A DNA stretch of 64,000 bases from an uncultured Planctomycetales bacterium (GTDB lineage Bacteria > Omnitrophota > Gorgyraeia > Zapsychrales > Zapsychraceae). The stretch's first letter is position 1, and every line of letters begins with the position of its first letter. This document shows positions 1 through 9,419 of the stretch, piece by piece. The translations under genes were made by a program, and so were the position numbers. Below the pieces are notes generated by a model. That model made no database searches. It saw only the letters and a program-made list of their open reading frames with translations, and was not told the DNA's origin. The stretch covers positions 1,210-65,209 of the forward strand of contig CAZHWM010000020.1 in NCBI GenBank assembly GCA_964535935.1. Direction: 5' to 3'.

Positions 1-159
1 CGCCTCATATTTAGGGTTATACTGCAGGCCTTCAACTGGCAGATAATCCCCAAGGCTAAAAGAACGGAACAAATCTATACGCATTTGGCATTTAATCCAG
101 TAGGCGGAAATAAAAAAAAGGATAATAACAAGAAAGATGATAATGGGTTTATTTTTCAT
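1..159 (-). CDS. hypothetical signal-anchored protein, N-terminal fragment (ORF runs off the left edge)
   Basis: The minus-strand ATG at 159-157 opens MKNKPIIIFLVIILFFISAYWIKCQ..., a hydrophobic N-terminal anchor. The frame stays open to base 1. No clear RBS and no family recognised. Confidence 0.3.
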   Translation of the reverse strand, partial: MKNKPIIIFLVIILFFISAYWIKCQMRIDLFRSFSLGDYLPVEGLQYNPKYEA

Positions 160-302
160 AAGTTAAGTTCTATAACAAACATTGAATTGGTGCAACAAAC
201 ACTTAAATTACCACAATACCCAACATTGTTGACTTGTATTAACGACATCGGATTGTATTAATTTATAGCCGTTAGCCTAATGCTCATTTTACTAAGATCG
301 AC

Positions 303-1427
303 TTACTTAAGGATACTTTTATATACTTCCTCATATTTCTCCCCTATCCTTTCCCAAGAATATCCTTCCCTAAATTTTTTCATAAGCCTTTCTTTAAACA
401 TTTTAACCATCTCATGATCAGATAAACATCTATCGATGAGCTTTGACCATTTGTTCTTATCAAATTCCTCAATCAAAAAACCATCTTTATTATTATCAAT
501 TAAATCTGCTGTCCCAGCAGTAACTGAGGCTATTATAGGTAACCCAAAAAACATACACTCTAAAACAACCATACCATAAATTTCATAAAATGAAGGCAAC
601 AAAAATATATATGCCTGCTTATATAAGCTTCCTATCATCTCCTGTGGAATATTTTCTACTAATTTTATTTTATGAAACAGTGATTTCTCATAAATTCTCG
701 AAGAAACAGAATTCCTTAAAGGACCATCTCCAACTATAACTAAAACAAAATCCTCTCTACTTAGAGTTTCTATTACATCCATAAGAAAAAAGGGATTTCT
801 TCTTTGTTCTATTTTGCCGACATAAAGCAATATTTTCTTATCATTAGCTATATTTAACCTCTTATACCAATCAATATCCTCCTCCTTAAAAGAAGTTATA
901 TTTAATCCAACACCTAACACTTTTGTATTATAAAACTTCTTTCTCTTCATATATCCCTCAGCAGCGGAAGTCTTACAAATCACTAAGGAAACATTTTTTC
1001 TTAATATAGGTAAAAAAATAACATCAAAAAAATATTGAATTACTCGTTTTATAGGATTTCTGTAATTCTCATACATCCCTTGCCATAAAATTACAGGGAT
1101 ATTATTCCTTCTTGCATAACTTGAAATAAAAACAGACATTATTTGAGAATCCTCTGATACCTGAATAATATCGTACTTATTCTGCCTGAAATAATTAAAT
1201 ATTTGAGGATAAAAACTATTCTGACCAGGGAGAGACGTTCCTTTTAAAAAAAATATCCTTACTTTAGGAGTTAAAACCTCAACATAATCCTTGGTTTGAT
1301 TTCCTTTCATGTAGATATCTACGAAATGCCCTTTATCCTCCAGAGCTTTTGCTAATCCTATCTCCTGACAATTATAAAGATAGGGATTTAAATAATTGGA
1401 GCTATTTCTGATGATTGCGATATGCAT
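303..1427 (-). CDS. glycosyltransferase, GT-B fold, family 4/group 1
   Basis: 374-aa ORF. The C-terminal half carries the E-x7-E motif context PSFYEIYGMVVLECMFFGLPIIAS typical of GT4 enzymes. Confidence 0.85.
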   Translation of the reverse strand: MHIAIIRNSSNYLNPYLYNCQEIGLAKALEDKGHFVDIYMKGNQTKDYVEVLTPKVRIFFLKGTSLPGQNSFYPQIFNYFRQNKYDIIQVSEDSQIMSVFISSYARRNNIPVILWQGMYENYRNPIKRVIQYFFDVIFLPILRKNVSLVICKTSAAEGYMKRKKFYNTKVLGVGLNITSFKEEDIDWYKRLNIANDKKILLYVGKIEQRRNPFFLMDVIETLSREDFVLVIVGDGPLRNSVSSRIYEKSLFHKIKLVENIPQEMIGSLYKQAYIFLLPSFYEIYGMVVLECMFFGLPIIASVTAGTADLIDNNKDGFLIEEFDKNKWSKLIDRCLSDHEMVKMFKERLMKKFREGYSWERIGEKYEEVYKSILK

Positions 1428-1440
1428 ATCTTATTACTCT

Positions 1441-2772
1441 TTACAGGGAAGATTTAAGTTTGTTTACTGATGATAAATTCTTAAAAAAAACATAAACAAC
1501 TATCAAAAGAATATAATTTAATATAGTACTTGCTAACATGATACCATTAATACCAAATTTTCTAACTAAATATGCGTCCAACAGGATATTTAAAATAAAT
1601 TTTATAATCGAAACATAAAGCAAATATCTTGTTGCTTTTAAAGCCAAAAATCCTCTAACAAACACTTGTATTATAATATATGGAATAAATCCTATCATGC
1701 TAATGATATATAATATATCTATACTACGTAAAGCTTCCATAGGAATCCTACCCCCTATACCGAAGCATAAATTTACAATATATTTAGAGAGAAAAATTAA
1801 TACCAATGTTATAGTAGAAACTCCTGCCAAAATAGGACGCAAATAATTATAAAAATTTTTCTTAAATCTCTCAAAGCCATATTTGTATAAATCATCTGAT
1901 AAATGGGACAAAAAAACTGTTAAAAATCCAAAAGTTATAAAATTGTAAGGAATTGCGACCAACTTGTTTGTGTATTCCAATAATGAAATGCTTCCTACAG
2001 GCAACCATGAGGCGAAAGAATTGTCTACAAGGGGATTCATCCCTACTATTAAAGTACTAATCATTAAAAAAGAAACTCTTATAAACACATCTATAATTTC
2101 TTTATCAAATTTAAAATCAAATCGAAATTTAAATAATTTTCTATGTACAATATATAAAATTAACAATAATAACCTTGATAACTCACCTATGTTATAGCCT
2201 ATTATTATTGAATGGACTCCGCAATCATTCTTCAAAATGTAAATAATAATAATGCAAACCACCGCCCTAACAGCCGGAGATAAAGCTGGTACCCAAAATT
2301 TTTTATATGCATTTAATATCCCATTAAGAAAAGATGAGCTACATAAAAAAAAAGTGAAAGGGATGAATTCAAGAAAATATATGTTTAAAATATTTATCTG
2401 GTATGAAGAAAAATTTGTGATTACTGAAAATATCTTTTTACTTAACAAAAAAGTTATAATTAAAACGAATGCCAACCCCCCCAATATAAGAATCATTAAT
2501 CTCCCAATTAGATATTCCAATTTCTCATTACTATAATTATGTTTATGATCTGAGACAATTGGAACAATAATATTCTCCACCGAATTTGAAAATATCATAG
2601 TTAGAAAAAACATTACTCCATAAGAATAAAAAAATACATCAATATTCTCATTTACTCCAAACCACGCTGCAATAAAAAAAGGGATAAGATACCCTACAGC
2701 CTTACCTATGACAGTAAAAATTGTTGTATAGAAAGAATCTTTAATGAAATGATGTTCTCTATATGCTTTCAT
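1441..2772 (-). CDS. MOP-superfamily polysaccharide/lipid-II-type flippase (MurJ/MviN-like)
   Basis: 443-aa polytopic membrane protein. The N-terminus GKAVGYLIPFFIAAWFGVNENIDVFFYSY resembles MurJ/MviN. It overlaps the upstream GT gene by 14 nt. Confidence 0.7.
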   Translation of the reverse strand: MKAYREHHFIKDSFYTTIFTVIGKAVGYLIPFFIAAWFGVNENIDVFFYSYGVMFFLTMIFSNSVENIIVPIVSDHKHNYSNEKLEYLIGRLMILILGGLAFVLIITFLLSKKIFSVITNFSSYQINILNIYFLEFIPFTFFLCSSSFLNGILNAYKKFWVPALSPAVRAVVCIIIIYILKNDCGVHSIIIGYNIGELSRLLLLILYIVHRKLFKFRFDFKFDKEIIDVFIRVSFLMISTLIVGMNPLVDNSFASWLPVGSISLLEYTNKLVAIPYNFITFGFLTVFLSHLSDDLYKYGFERFKKNFYNYLRPILAGVSTITLVLIFLSKYIVNLCFGIGGRIPMEALRSIDILYIISMIGFIPYIIIQVFVRGFLALKATRYLLYVSIIKFILNILLDAYLVRKFGINGIMLASTILNYILLIVVYVFFKNLSSVNKLKSSL

Positions 2773-3874
2773 ATAAATTAATATACTTTTCTACAATTTT
2801 GTAGAGAGCAAAATATTTTTCTACTTTTTCCCTACCCTTAATACCAAATTCTATTCTTTTTATTTCATTATCTAACAAAAAATTAACTGCTTGAGCCAAT
2901 TTTTTAGGATCTCTAGAATGAACTAAAATTCCCGTTCTTCCATCATCAATAACTTCCGATAGCCCCCCCACTGCATATGAAACAACAGGTTTCTTCATTG
3001 CCATAGCCTCTATGGCCGATATTCCAAAAGTTTCAATAGCAGATGGCATAACAATAACGTCTAATTTTGCTAATATACCTGTTACATCTTGTCGCTCTCC
3101 TAAAAAAGAAACATGCTTATCAATTTTCAGCTTTATTGCCAATATCTCCAAACTTTCTCTTAACGGCCCATTACCTACAATAATAAAATGGGTATCAGAG
3201 CGTTCAGATAATATAAAAGAAGCCATTTTAATAAAATGATCAACTCCATGTCGTGGTGTTAACCCTCTAACAGTACCTACCAAATATTTATTATTTTGTA
3301 ATATAATCTTTTCTTTTATTTCTATATTTCTTTTCACATCAAATTTACTTAGATCAATCCCATTTGGGATAATTTTAATTTTATCCTTATCAACAAATCC
3401 ATTTTTTATAAGCTGCATTTTGCTATTTTGAGAAACAGTAGTATAGAAATCCCCGCATTTCCTAGTTAATATCTGAAAAAATTTAAAGATAATCCATCCT
3501 TTTTTCTTTCTATATTCCTCAACACCAACATGTTCCGTAATTATAAGTTTCCTAGCGGAAAGACAAACTACCCATTTCAAAAGAGGAGAAATATAATGTA
3601 AATGAACTATATCAAAATTATTTTTTTTTATATATCTATACACAATAAACGCATTTAATAAATCAAATCCATTTCTCATTTTAAAAAGTTTTATTCGGAC
3701 TCCTTGCTTGACTAAACTTTCAGCAAATAATCCGCCCTCCTTAGCATAACCTACAACTAAAGAATATTTTTTCTTTCTATATAATACTAAAGCTATGTCA
3801 TGAACAATCTTTGACACTCCCCCCGCTCCACCGTGCCAAGTTAATAGTAATAGTTTTTTCTTTTTCTTATCCAT
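2759..3874 (-). CDS. glycosyltransferase, GT4/group 1
   Basis: 371-aa ORF with the E-x7-E context PSAIETFGISAIEAMAMKKPVVS and an N-terminal GGAGGV sugar-donor-domain motif. Confidence 0.85.
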   Translation of the reverse strand: MDKKKKKLLLLTWHGGAGGVSKIVHDIALVLYRKKKYSLVVGYAKEGGLFAESLVKQGVRIKLFKMRNGFDLLNAFIVYRYIKKNNFDIVHLHYISPLLKWVVCLSARKLIITEHVGVEEYRKKKGWIIFKFFQILTRKCGDFYTTVSQNSKMQLIKNGFVDKDKIKIIPNGIDLSKFDVKRNIEIKEKIILQNNKYLVGTVRGLTPRHGVDHFIKMASFILSERSDTHFIIVGNGPLRESLEILAIKLKIDKHVSFLGERQDVTGILAKLDVIVMPSAIETFGISAIEAMAMKKPVVSYAVGGLSEVIDDGRTGILVHSRDPKKLAQAVNFLLDNEIKRIEFGIKGREKVEKYFALYKIVEKYINLYESI

Positions 3875-3927
3875 AATGTTAATTTAACAATTTTATGAAA
3901 ATCTAAACTTAACTTCTTAAATATAAA

Positions 3928-5289
3928 CTAACTGTTATTTTCACAACAATAAAAAGCTCCAACAAAAACACCTAAAATTATCCAAAAAATTTCTATCATA
4001 AAAGCATTCATAGTCAAATTCATTAATATAGTCCCAATAAGGGAGAAAAAAAGACTTCTATAAAGATAATTTTTCTTTAAAAATCTATAATTCCAATATT
4101 TGTTAAAAAATGAAATAAAAAACATCAACCATAATCCAAAACCAAGTAGACCATTTTCCGATAAAAGTTTTAAAAACATATTATGAGAGGTAATAAAAAT
4201 AGTATCTAATCCCGCGGCACTTAACATCTTTCTTAAAATAGTACTATATGCAAAACAACCTGTCCCAATTCCCCAAAGAGGATTAGACTTAAACATTTCT
4301 ATTCCTGATGACCAAATAACTATATGCCAAATATTAGAAGATTCCTCAGCCGAAAAAGTATCTAGAAAACGATATAAAACCCATGGGAAAAATAAAAAAA
4401 TTAAATACACTATCCCAACACTTCCAATAAATCGCAATGGAATATTTTTCTTTTTTAGCCAGATTTCTACGAAATATAAACTGATAAAAAATATCCATGC
4501 CGCTCTAGAGGCAGTCAAAACTAAAACTAAAATTATAAGAAATTTAACTATTAATTTAGTTATTTGCTTTAAAGGACTAATATTTACCATAAAATATTGA
4601 ATCAACAATATATTAGCAGTACCTACTGGTCCCCAAAGGAAAGAATCTGTCCTAAAAAAAACACCAGAAAGAACCTCTCTAGCTGAAAGAGATGTTCTAA
4701 CGAATTGAATTCCATGAAATAAATTTATATGGATAGCCGGAATAAAATCTTTGCCATAAAAAAATTTTAATATTCCATAACTTGAAAACATAATCGAAAC
4801 TATTACAACAAATTTAGAAAAAATTTTTATTTTTTTATAGGTGTTATAATATGATCTATAAAAAACGAAAATAGAATATAAATATATCCATTGTAAGGTT
4901 TCTTTGAAAATGAGTAAATGTTCTTTATATAACAAGGCTTGTATAAAACAAAAAAATATAAAAATTACTATATAAATATCATAATAAAAAAAACGAATAT
5001 TATATAGCTTACGTTTATATAAATTTTCTATAAAATATTTAACTATAACTATACACCATAACAATTGCATTATCCTTATATCGCAAAGTCCTGCATGAAT
5101 TACAACAAGTTGATTAAATGGTGGAAAAACACTTATACATATTAATATAAAATCTGTTTTTTTAATTAATAAAAAGACAAAAAGTATTAATAAAAAAAAA
5201 CAAAAAGCCATACCCCAATTAAAATCAAGCAATATTCCTATAAAACAACTTAATATAATACTAATAAATATATTAATTCTTATTTTCAT
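3928..5289 (-). CDS. O-antigen ligase / Wzy-type polymerase-like membrane protein
   Basis: 453-aa, highly hydrophobic, multi-spanning protein. The loop LTASRAAWIFFISLYF resembles the Wzy_C/O-antigen ligase signature region. It lies in a polysaccharide locus. Confidence 0.65.
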   Translation of the reverse strand: MKIRINIFISIILSCFIGILLDFNWGMAFCFFLLILFVFLLIKKTDFILICISVFPPFNQLVVIHAGLCDIRIMQLLWCIVIVKYFIENLYKRKLYNIRFFYYDIYIVIFIFFCFIQALLYKEHLLIFKETLQWIYLYSIFVFYRSYYNTYKKIKIFSKFVVIVSIMFSSYGILKFFYGKDFIPAIHINLFHGIQFVRTSLSAREVLSGVFFRTDSFLWGPVGTANILLIQYFMVNISPLKQITKLIVKFLIILVLVLTASRAAWIFFISLYFVEIWLKKKNIPLRFIGSVGIVYLIFLFFPWVLYRFLDTFSAEESSNIWHIVIWSSGIEMFKSNPLWGIGTGCFAYSTILRKMLSAAGLDTIFITSHNMFLKLLSENGLLGFGLWLMFFISFFNKYWNYRFLKKNYLYRSLFFSLIGTILMNLTMNAFMIEIFWIILGVFVGAFYCCENNS

Positions 5290-5400
5290 ACCCTTTTGTT
5301 TACTCTTATAAAATCATAAAAATTTTTGACAAAATCAACTATACCGGTACTACTAAATAAGTAGTATAAATTTTAAGACAGCGGTTATTTACCTCTCTGT

Positions 5401-5428
5401 AAAAAAACCCCTGCCCCAAAGCAGAGCG
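5401..5428 (-). terminator. candidate rho-independent terminator (minus strand)
   Basis: The minus strand reads CGCTCTGC-TTTGGG-GCAGGGG followed by TTTTTTT. This gives a 6-bp stem with one G-U pair plus a U7 tail. Confidence 0.4.
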
Positions 5429-5830
5429 TTAAAACATAATAGCATACATAAACTGACAAACCAACCGACACATATTTTACAGGATGTTTCTCTAAGTAAG
5501 CAGAACATGTATAAATTGAGCTGAACCACAAAAATATCCACCTTAAAAGCCTAAAAAACTATATACGCCATCTTTTCATACCAAAATTTATTCTCTATAA
5601 GTAAAAGGATTGTACTACAAATATACTCTTAAATAAGAATTTTTTTAAATATCTTATTTTGATAAGTTGTCTTACTATATATAGATAAAAAATATATACA
5701 ACAAATGGTATTGAAACATCCCATAGAAAAGGATTTATCATTGGCCGAAAAATAAAAAAACATCTTCTTATAAAATCATGGATAACATAACATCCTATAG
5801 TTAATTTCGCAACCTCAGAGATATAAGTAG

Positions 5831-5863
5831 TGCACAAATCAACCTTGTTAAATTGTGCAGAAT
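5831..5863. repeat. 33-bp structured intergenic repeat, copy A
   Basis: TGCACAAATCAAC-CTT-GTTAAATTGTGCAGAAT. The same unit recurs at 14592-14656 and 31962-32032. Confidence 0.75.
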
Positions 5864-5951
5864 GTATTTTTTGAGATTCTTCGCATGCCTGCAGCATACC
5901 CAAAATGACAAACAAGGAAACAGTTGTCTTCCCTTCCCCTCCTTCTTCCTC

Positions 5952-6140
5952 TTACCCGTTGTCCTGAAAAGCTGATGGGACGTATGTTAGCTTTATCCAT
6001 AAACTCTTGGTGGGGGAAAATCGCTCAATTTCATAAAATCCCATTTCAATAAGGTTATGGATAGTTTCAACGTCAGCTTGCATCCTATGAATGCCGCTGA
6101 ATATAGTTTGATGCTTTTGGCCACAGGCAAAGATTCTATG
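5952..6140 (-). pseudogene. possible orphan coding remnant (family and even strand uncertain)
   Basis: This stretch is locally GC-richer. The minus frame is open for 62 codons without a start codon or RBS, ending ...HRMQADVETIHNLIEMGFYEIERFSPTKSLWIKLTYVPSAFQDNG*. Short open frames also exist on the plus strand. Confidence 0.2.
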
Positions 6141-6307
6141 CTAATCCAACGCCAATAATCACTATGGTAAACGTTATGAATATTGTTGAGTTCAAATTCA
6201 TGACATCATTTCCAAAATATTCGATATAAAAACTTGACAAAAATAAGTTTTATATAATAGAATCTTTATAAAAATGAAAACCATTTGCAATAAAGAAGGA
6301 GGGTCGT

Positions 6308-6487
6308 ATGCCAGATAGAGACGGTACTGGTCCAAGAAACATAAGTGGGAATAAAATGGGCAATAAATTAGGTCCGGGTGGAGAATGTGTATGTTTAAAC
6401 TGCGGAGAAAGAATACCTCATCAACAAGGGGTTCCATGCAATACAATTAATTGTCCCAAATGCGGGAATAAAATGACAAGGGCATAA
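6308..6487 (+). CDS. small DUF5320-like zinc-ribbon protein (59 aa, below ORF-track cutoff)
   Basis: A GGAGGG RBS lies 5 nt before the ATG. The translation is MPDRDGTGPRNISGNKMGNKLGPGGECVCLNCGERIPHQQGVPCNTINCPKCGNKMTRA. It has the N-terminal MP-x-RDGTGP motif and a CxCxxC...CxxxxCxxC cysteine pattern. It sits directly upstream of an Mrp-type ATPase, as is typical for this family. Confidence 0.7.
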   Translation: MPDRDGTGPRNISGNKMGNKLGPGGECVCLNCGERIPHQQGVPCNTINCPKCGNKMTRA

Positions 6488-6526
6488 TACAAGAAGCATA
6501 CACTCTTTATATTTTATTAAAAAACC

Positions 6527-6554
6527 TTGCCTCATTTTAGACAATGCGTATAAT
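6527..6554 (+). promoter_or_regulatory. candidate sigma70-type promoter for the mrp/radical-SAM genes
   Basis: TTGCCT, 16-nt spacer, TATAAT, about 75 nt upstream of the ATG at 6629. Confidence 0.4.
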
Positions 6555-6628
6555 AACCTTTTTCTTCTAAAAATCCATCTACTTTAAAAAAGATTACTTA
6601 AAAATATAACTGGGAGGAATGTTATTCT

Positions 6629-7477
6629 ATGGAGAATCTTCAACAAAAAGAAAGAGAACAGGAAGCTCGCCTTAGGGCAAACTTAGCAAAAATAGACAAA
6701 AAATTAATTGTTATAAGTGGTAAAGGTGGAGTAGGGAAAACCACCGTAGCTGTAAATTTAGCATATGAATTAGCTGCAAAAGGGAAAAAGACAGGGATAC
6801 TTGACGTAGATATACACGGCCCTAATGTTGCCAAGATGTTAGGAATCGAGGGGGAAAAACTCTCTAAAAACGACTTTGGAATGATCCCTGTAGAAGTCTT
6901 GCCAAATTTAAAAGTAGTAAGCATGGCACTATTACTTGAAAGCCCTGATACACCTATTATTTGGCGGGGGCCACTTAAAATGGTTACAATAAAACAATTT
7001 TTGTCTGATATTAACTGGGGAGAACTTGATTATCTAATTATTGATTCTCCCCCCGGCACAGGTGATGAGCCTCTAAGTGTTTGTCAGTTAATCCCAAATA
7101 TAGATGGGGCGATAATTGTAACAACTCCTCAAGAGGTAGCTATATTAGACTCAAGAAAAAGTATACAATTTGTAAAACAATTGAAAATACCTGTATTAGG
7201 AATAATTGAAAATATGAGTGGGTTGATATGTCCTTATTGCAAAAATAAGATTGATTTATTTGGACACGGTGGAGGTGAAAAGGCTGCCAATGACTTAAAT
7301 GTTCCTTTTCTGGGAAGGATCTTAATTGAACCAGAAATTGTAAAAGCAGGAGATCTTGGACAACCTTTACTTAGCCCTACAAGGGAAATCTTACCAGAGA
7401 CTGCTGTCAATGAAATGAAGCAAATAATAAAAAAAATAGAAAATGTTATAGAGGTAAATGATAAAGAAAAAGTATAA
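6629..7477 (+). CDS. mrp: Mrp/NBP35/ApbC-family Fe-S cluster carrier ATPase
   Basis: Deviant Walker A GKGGVGKT, a DSPPGTGDE region, and the CPYC motif followed by DLFGHGGGE and VPFLGRI. Confidence 0.9.
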   Translation: MENLQQKEREQEARLRANLAKIDKKLIVISGKGGVGKTTVAVNLAYELAAKGKKTGILDVDIHGPNVAKMLGIEGEKLSKNDFGMIPVEVLPNLKVVSMALLLESPDTPIIWRGPLKMVTIKQFLSDINWGELDYLIIDSPPGTGDEPLSVCQLIPNIDGAIIVTTPQEVAILDSRKSIQFVKQLKIPVLGIIENMSGLICPYCKNKIDLFGHGGGEKAANDLNVPFLGRILIEPEIVKAGDLGQPLLSPTREILPETAVNEMKQIIKKIENVIEVNDKEKV

Positions 7478-8237
7478 ATATATTTACGGACCTGTTTCTT
7501 CTTGGCGATTGGGAAGTTCTTTAGGAATAGATCCTATCTCAAAAAAAAGAAAAATTTGTAGTTTCGATTGTATATATTGTCAAATTGGGAAAACAGGACT
7601 ATTAACAGATAAAAGAGAATGTTTTGTTGATACCAATGATATCATAAGAGAAATAAAGTCACTTCCTTCTTCTTTAACAATTGATTATATAACTTTTTCA
7701 GGCAGAGGAGAACCTACATTATCCGCTAACTTGGGCGAAATGATACAAGCTGTAAAACAGATAACAAAACAAAAAATCGCTGTTATAACTAACTCCTCCC
7801 TATTGTATAAAGAAGAAGTACAAAAAGATTTATTGTTGGCTGATTTTATCATAGCAAAACTTGACGCGCCAAGACAGGATGTATTAGAAACTATTAACCA
7901 TCCTATAAAAAAAATTAATTTTAAATTAATACTTTCAGGGATAAAGGCTTTTAAAGAAATATTCAAATCGAGATTAGCATTACAGATTATGTTTATTGAA
8001 CAAAATAAGGCATATGCAAAAGATATCGCAGAAATTGTAAAAAAAATTTGTCCAGACGAAGTCCAGATTAATACTCCCCTTAGACCGTCTTTGGTATCCC
8101 CTTTATCTAAATCAGAAATTGATTTAATAGAATCTTACTTTGATGGGCTAAAAATCAGTTCTCCTTATAAGGTAAAGAAAAAGAATATCCAACCACTTAG
8201 TGATGAGGATACCCTGAGAAGAAGAGGAAAAATATAA
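7458..8237 (+). CDS. radical SAM protein (COG0731-like, function unknown)
   Basis: A CX3CX2C motif (CSFDCIYC, aa 34-41) is preceded by [16 protein letters not shown]. The gene overlaps mrp by 20 nt. Confidence 0.85.
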   Translation: MIKKKYKYIYGPVSSWRLGSSLGIDPISKKRKICSFDCIYCQIGKTGLLTDKRECFVDTNDIIREIKSLPSSLTIDYITFSGRGEPTLSANLGEMIQAVKQITKQKIAVITNSSLLYKEEVQKDLLLADFIIAKLDAPRQDVLETINHPIKKINFKLILSGIKAFKEIFKSRLALQIMFIEQNKAYAKDIAEIVKKICPDEVQINTPLRPSLVSPLSKSEIDLIESYFDGLKISSPYKVKKKNIQPLSDEDTLRRRGKI

Positions 8238-8276
8238 AATTTGATATACTTTTAAAATTTATCCTTTTATTTTGTA

Positions 8277-9419
8277 TCAATTACATAATTTTTCATATAC
8301 TTTTATAGTCTGAGAGGCAATATTCTCCCAATCAAATCTCTTTCTTACAAAATCAATCTGCTGTAGTCTTTGCTCCTCTGAAAAAGGAAACTGAACTGCA
8401 TAATGAAGTCTTTCACAGATTGCCTTAACATCACCAGGTCTAAAATAACTGTTGCTGTCAAGTTTTACCTCGCGATTGGCAGGGATATCTGAAACCATAC
8501 ATGGCAAACCATAACTCATTGCCTCAAGGAGCGCTATTGGCAGACCTTCGTAATATGAAGGCATTACAAATGTATGGGCATTATAATATAATTCATCAAG
8601 CGCATCTCTTTTAAGTCTCCCTGTAAGGATAACCTCTTTTATCTGGGCTGCTTTCTTCTTTATAGATAGACTATAACTATCCTCATGATCTGATTCACCT
8701 ACAATTACAAGTTTAAAATCACCATATCCATTGCTATGATTATCCCTTTTAAATAAACTAAACGCCTCAATCAAATCAATAAATCCTTTCTCAGGGACAA
8801 ATCTGCCAACGGCTATAAAATATCGATTTTTTTCAAGACCAAATCTCTTAAGAAGGCCTTTTTGTGTTGTATGGCCTGCTATGACAACCCCATTAGGTAT
8901 AACAACAGACTCCCTGCCAAATTTATCTCTAATATTATCGGCTATAGTCTTGGATATACAAATAATTTTATTGGCATATCTACATGCGCACATCTCCCCA
9001 ATTTTAAGAAAAATTTTAGCAACTCTATTCCACTTCTTACGCATATAATCAGGGCCATGATGGGTAACTACCACCTTTAACCCTAATAACCTAGCTAATG
9101 GCACACATAATGATGGTCCTATAGCATGTATATGTAAGATGTCACATCCTATTCTTTTAGTAAACCATATACCTTTAAAAGTGTGAATTATCGCTTCTAA
9201 AAACTTATTTTTAGGACAAGACAACGGAACCAGTTTGACTTTATTATATGCTGTTATAGATGTATCCACATAATTACACCGCGTTAACACTGTTACATCC
9301 CAACCATGCTTTACTATAATAGGATAAAGATTCTCACAATGAGATTCCACTCCTCCTTGAACACCGGGGAAACCTCTAGTACCCAAAACAACTATCTTTG
9401 GTAAAAAGTCTTTGTTCAT
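8277..9419 (-). CDS. glycosyltransferase, GT4/group 1
   Basis: 380 aa with E-x7-E context PSYYEGLPIALLEAMSYGLPCMVSD and N-terminal GTRGFPGVQGGVESH. Its start forms an ATGA overlap with the upstream radical SAM gene. Confidence 0.85.
   Translation of the reverse strand: MNKDFLPKIVVLGTRGFPGVQGGVESHCENLYPIIVKHGWDVTVLTRCNYVDTSITAYNKVKLVPLSCPKNKFLEAIIHTFKGIWFTKRIGCDILHIHAIGPSLCVPLARLLGLKVVVTHHGPDYMRKKWNRVAKIFLKIGEMCACRYANKIICISKTIADNIRDKFGRESVVIPNGVVIAGHTTQKGLLKRFGLEKNRYFIAVGRFVPEKGFIDLIEAFSLFKRDNHSNGYGDFKLVIVGESDHEDSYSLSIKKKAAQIKEVILTGRLKRDALDELYYNAHTFVMPSYYEGLPIALLEAMSYGLPCMVSDIPANREVKLDSNSYFRPGDVKAICERLHYAVQFPFSEEQRLQQIDFVRKRFDWENIASQTIKVYEKLCN

Noticed and set aside
2476-2482. G7/C7 homopolymers in the flippase gene, a GT gene (2963-2969), the radical SAM gene (10219-10225) and murC (28754-28760) as phase-variation switches
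   Set aside because: Each encodes Gly-Gly within conserved motifs, including in essential murC. The runs therefore look like codon usage rather than contingency tracts, and their length is below the usual slippage range.
5595-5915. 106-aa minus-strand track ORF
   Set aside because: Its composition is junk-like and part of it is simply the intergenic repeat translated (SAQFNKVDLC). It has no RBS. It is treated as non-coding.
6234-6258. TTGACA ... TATAAT as the promoter of the DUF5320-like ORF
   Set aside because: Both hexamers are perfect, but the spacer is only 13 nt, which is incompatible with a standard sigma70 promoter.
6198-6446. 82-aa minus-strand track ORF
   Set aside because: It overlaps, in antisense, the much more convincing 59-aa DUF5320-like ORF (strong RBS, cysteine pattern, family context). 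It has no RBS of its own and no recognisable features.
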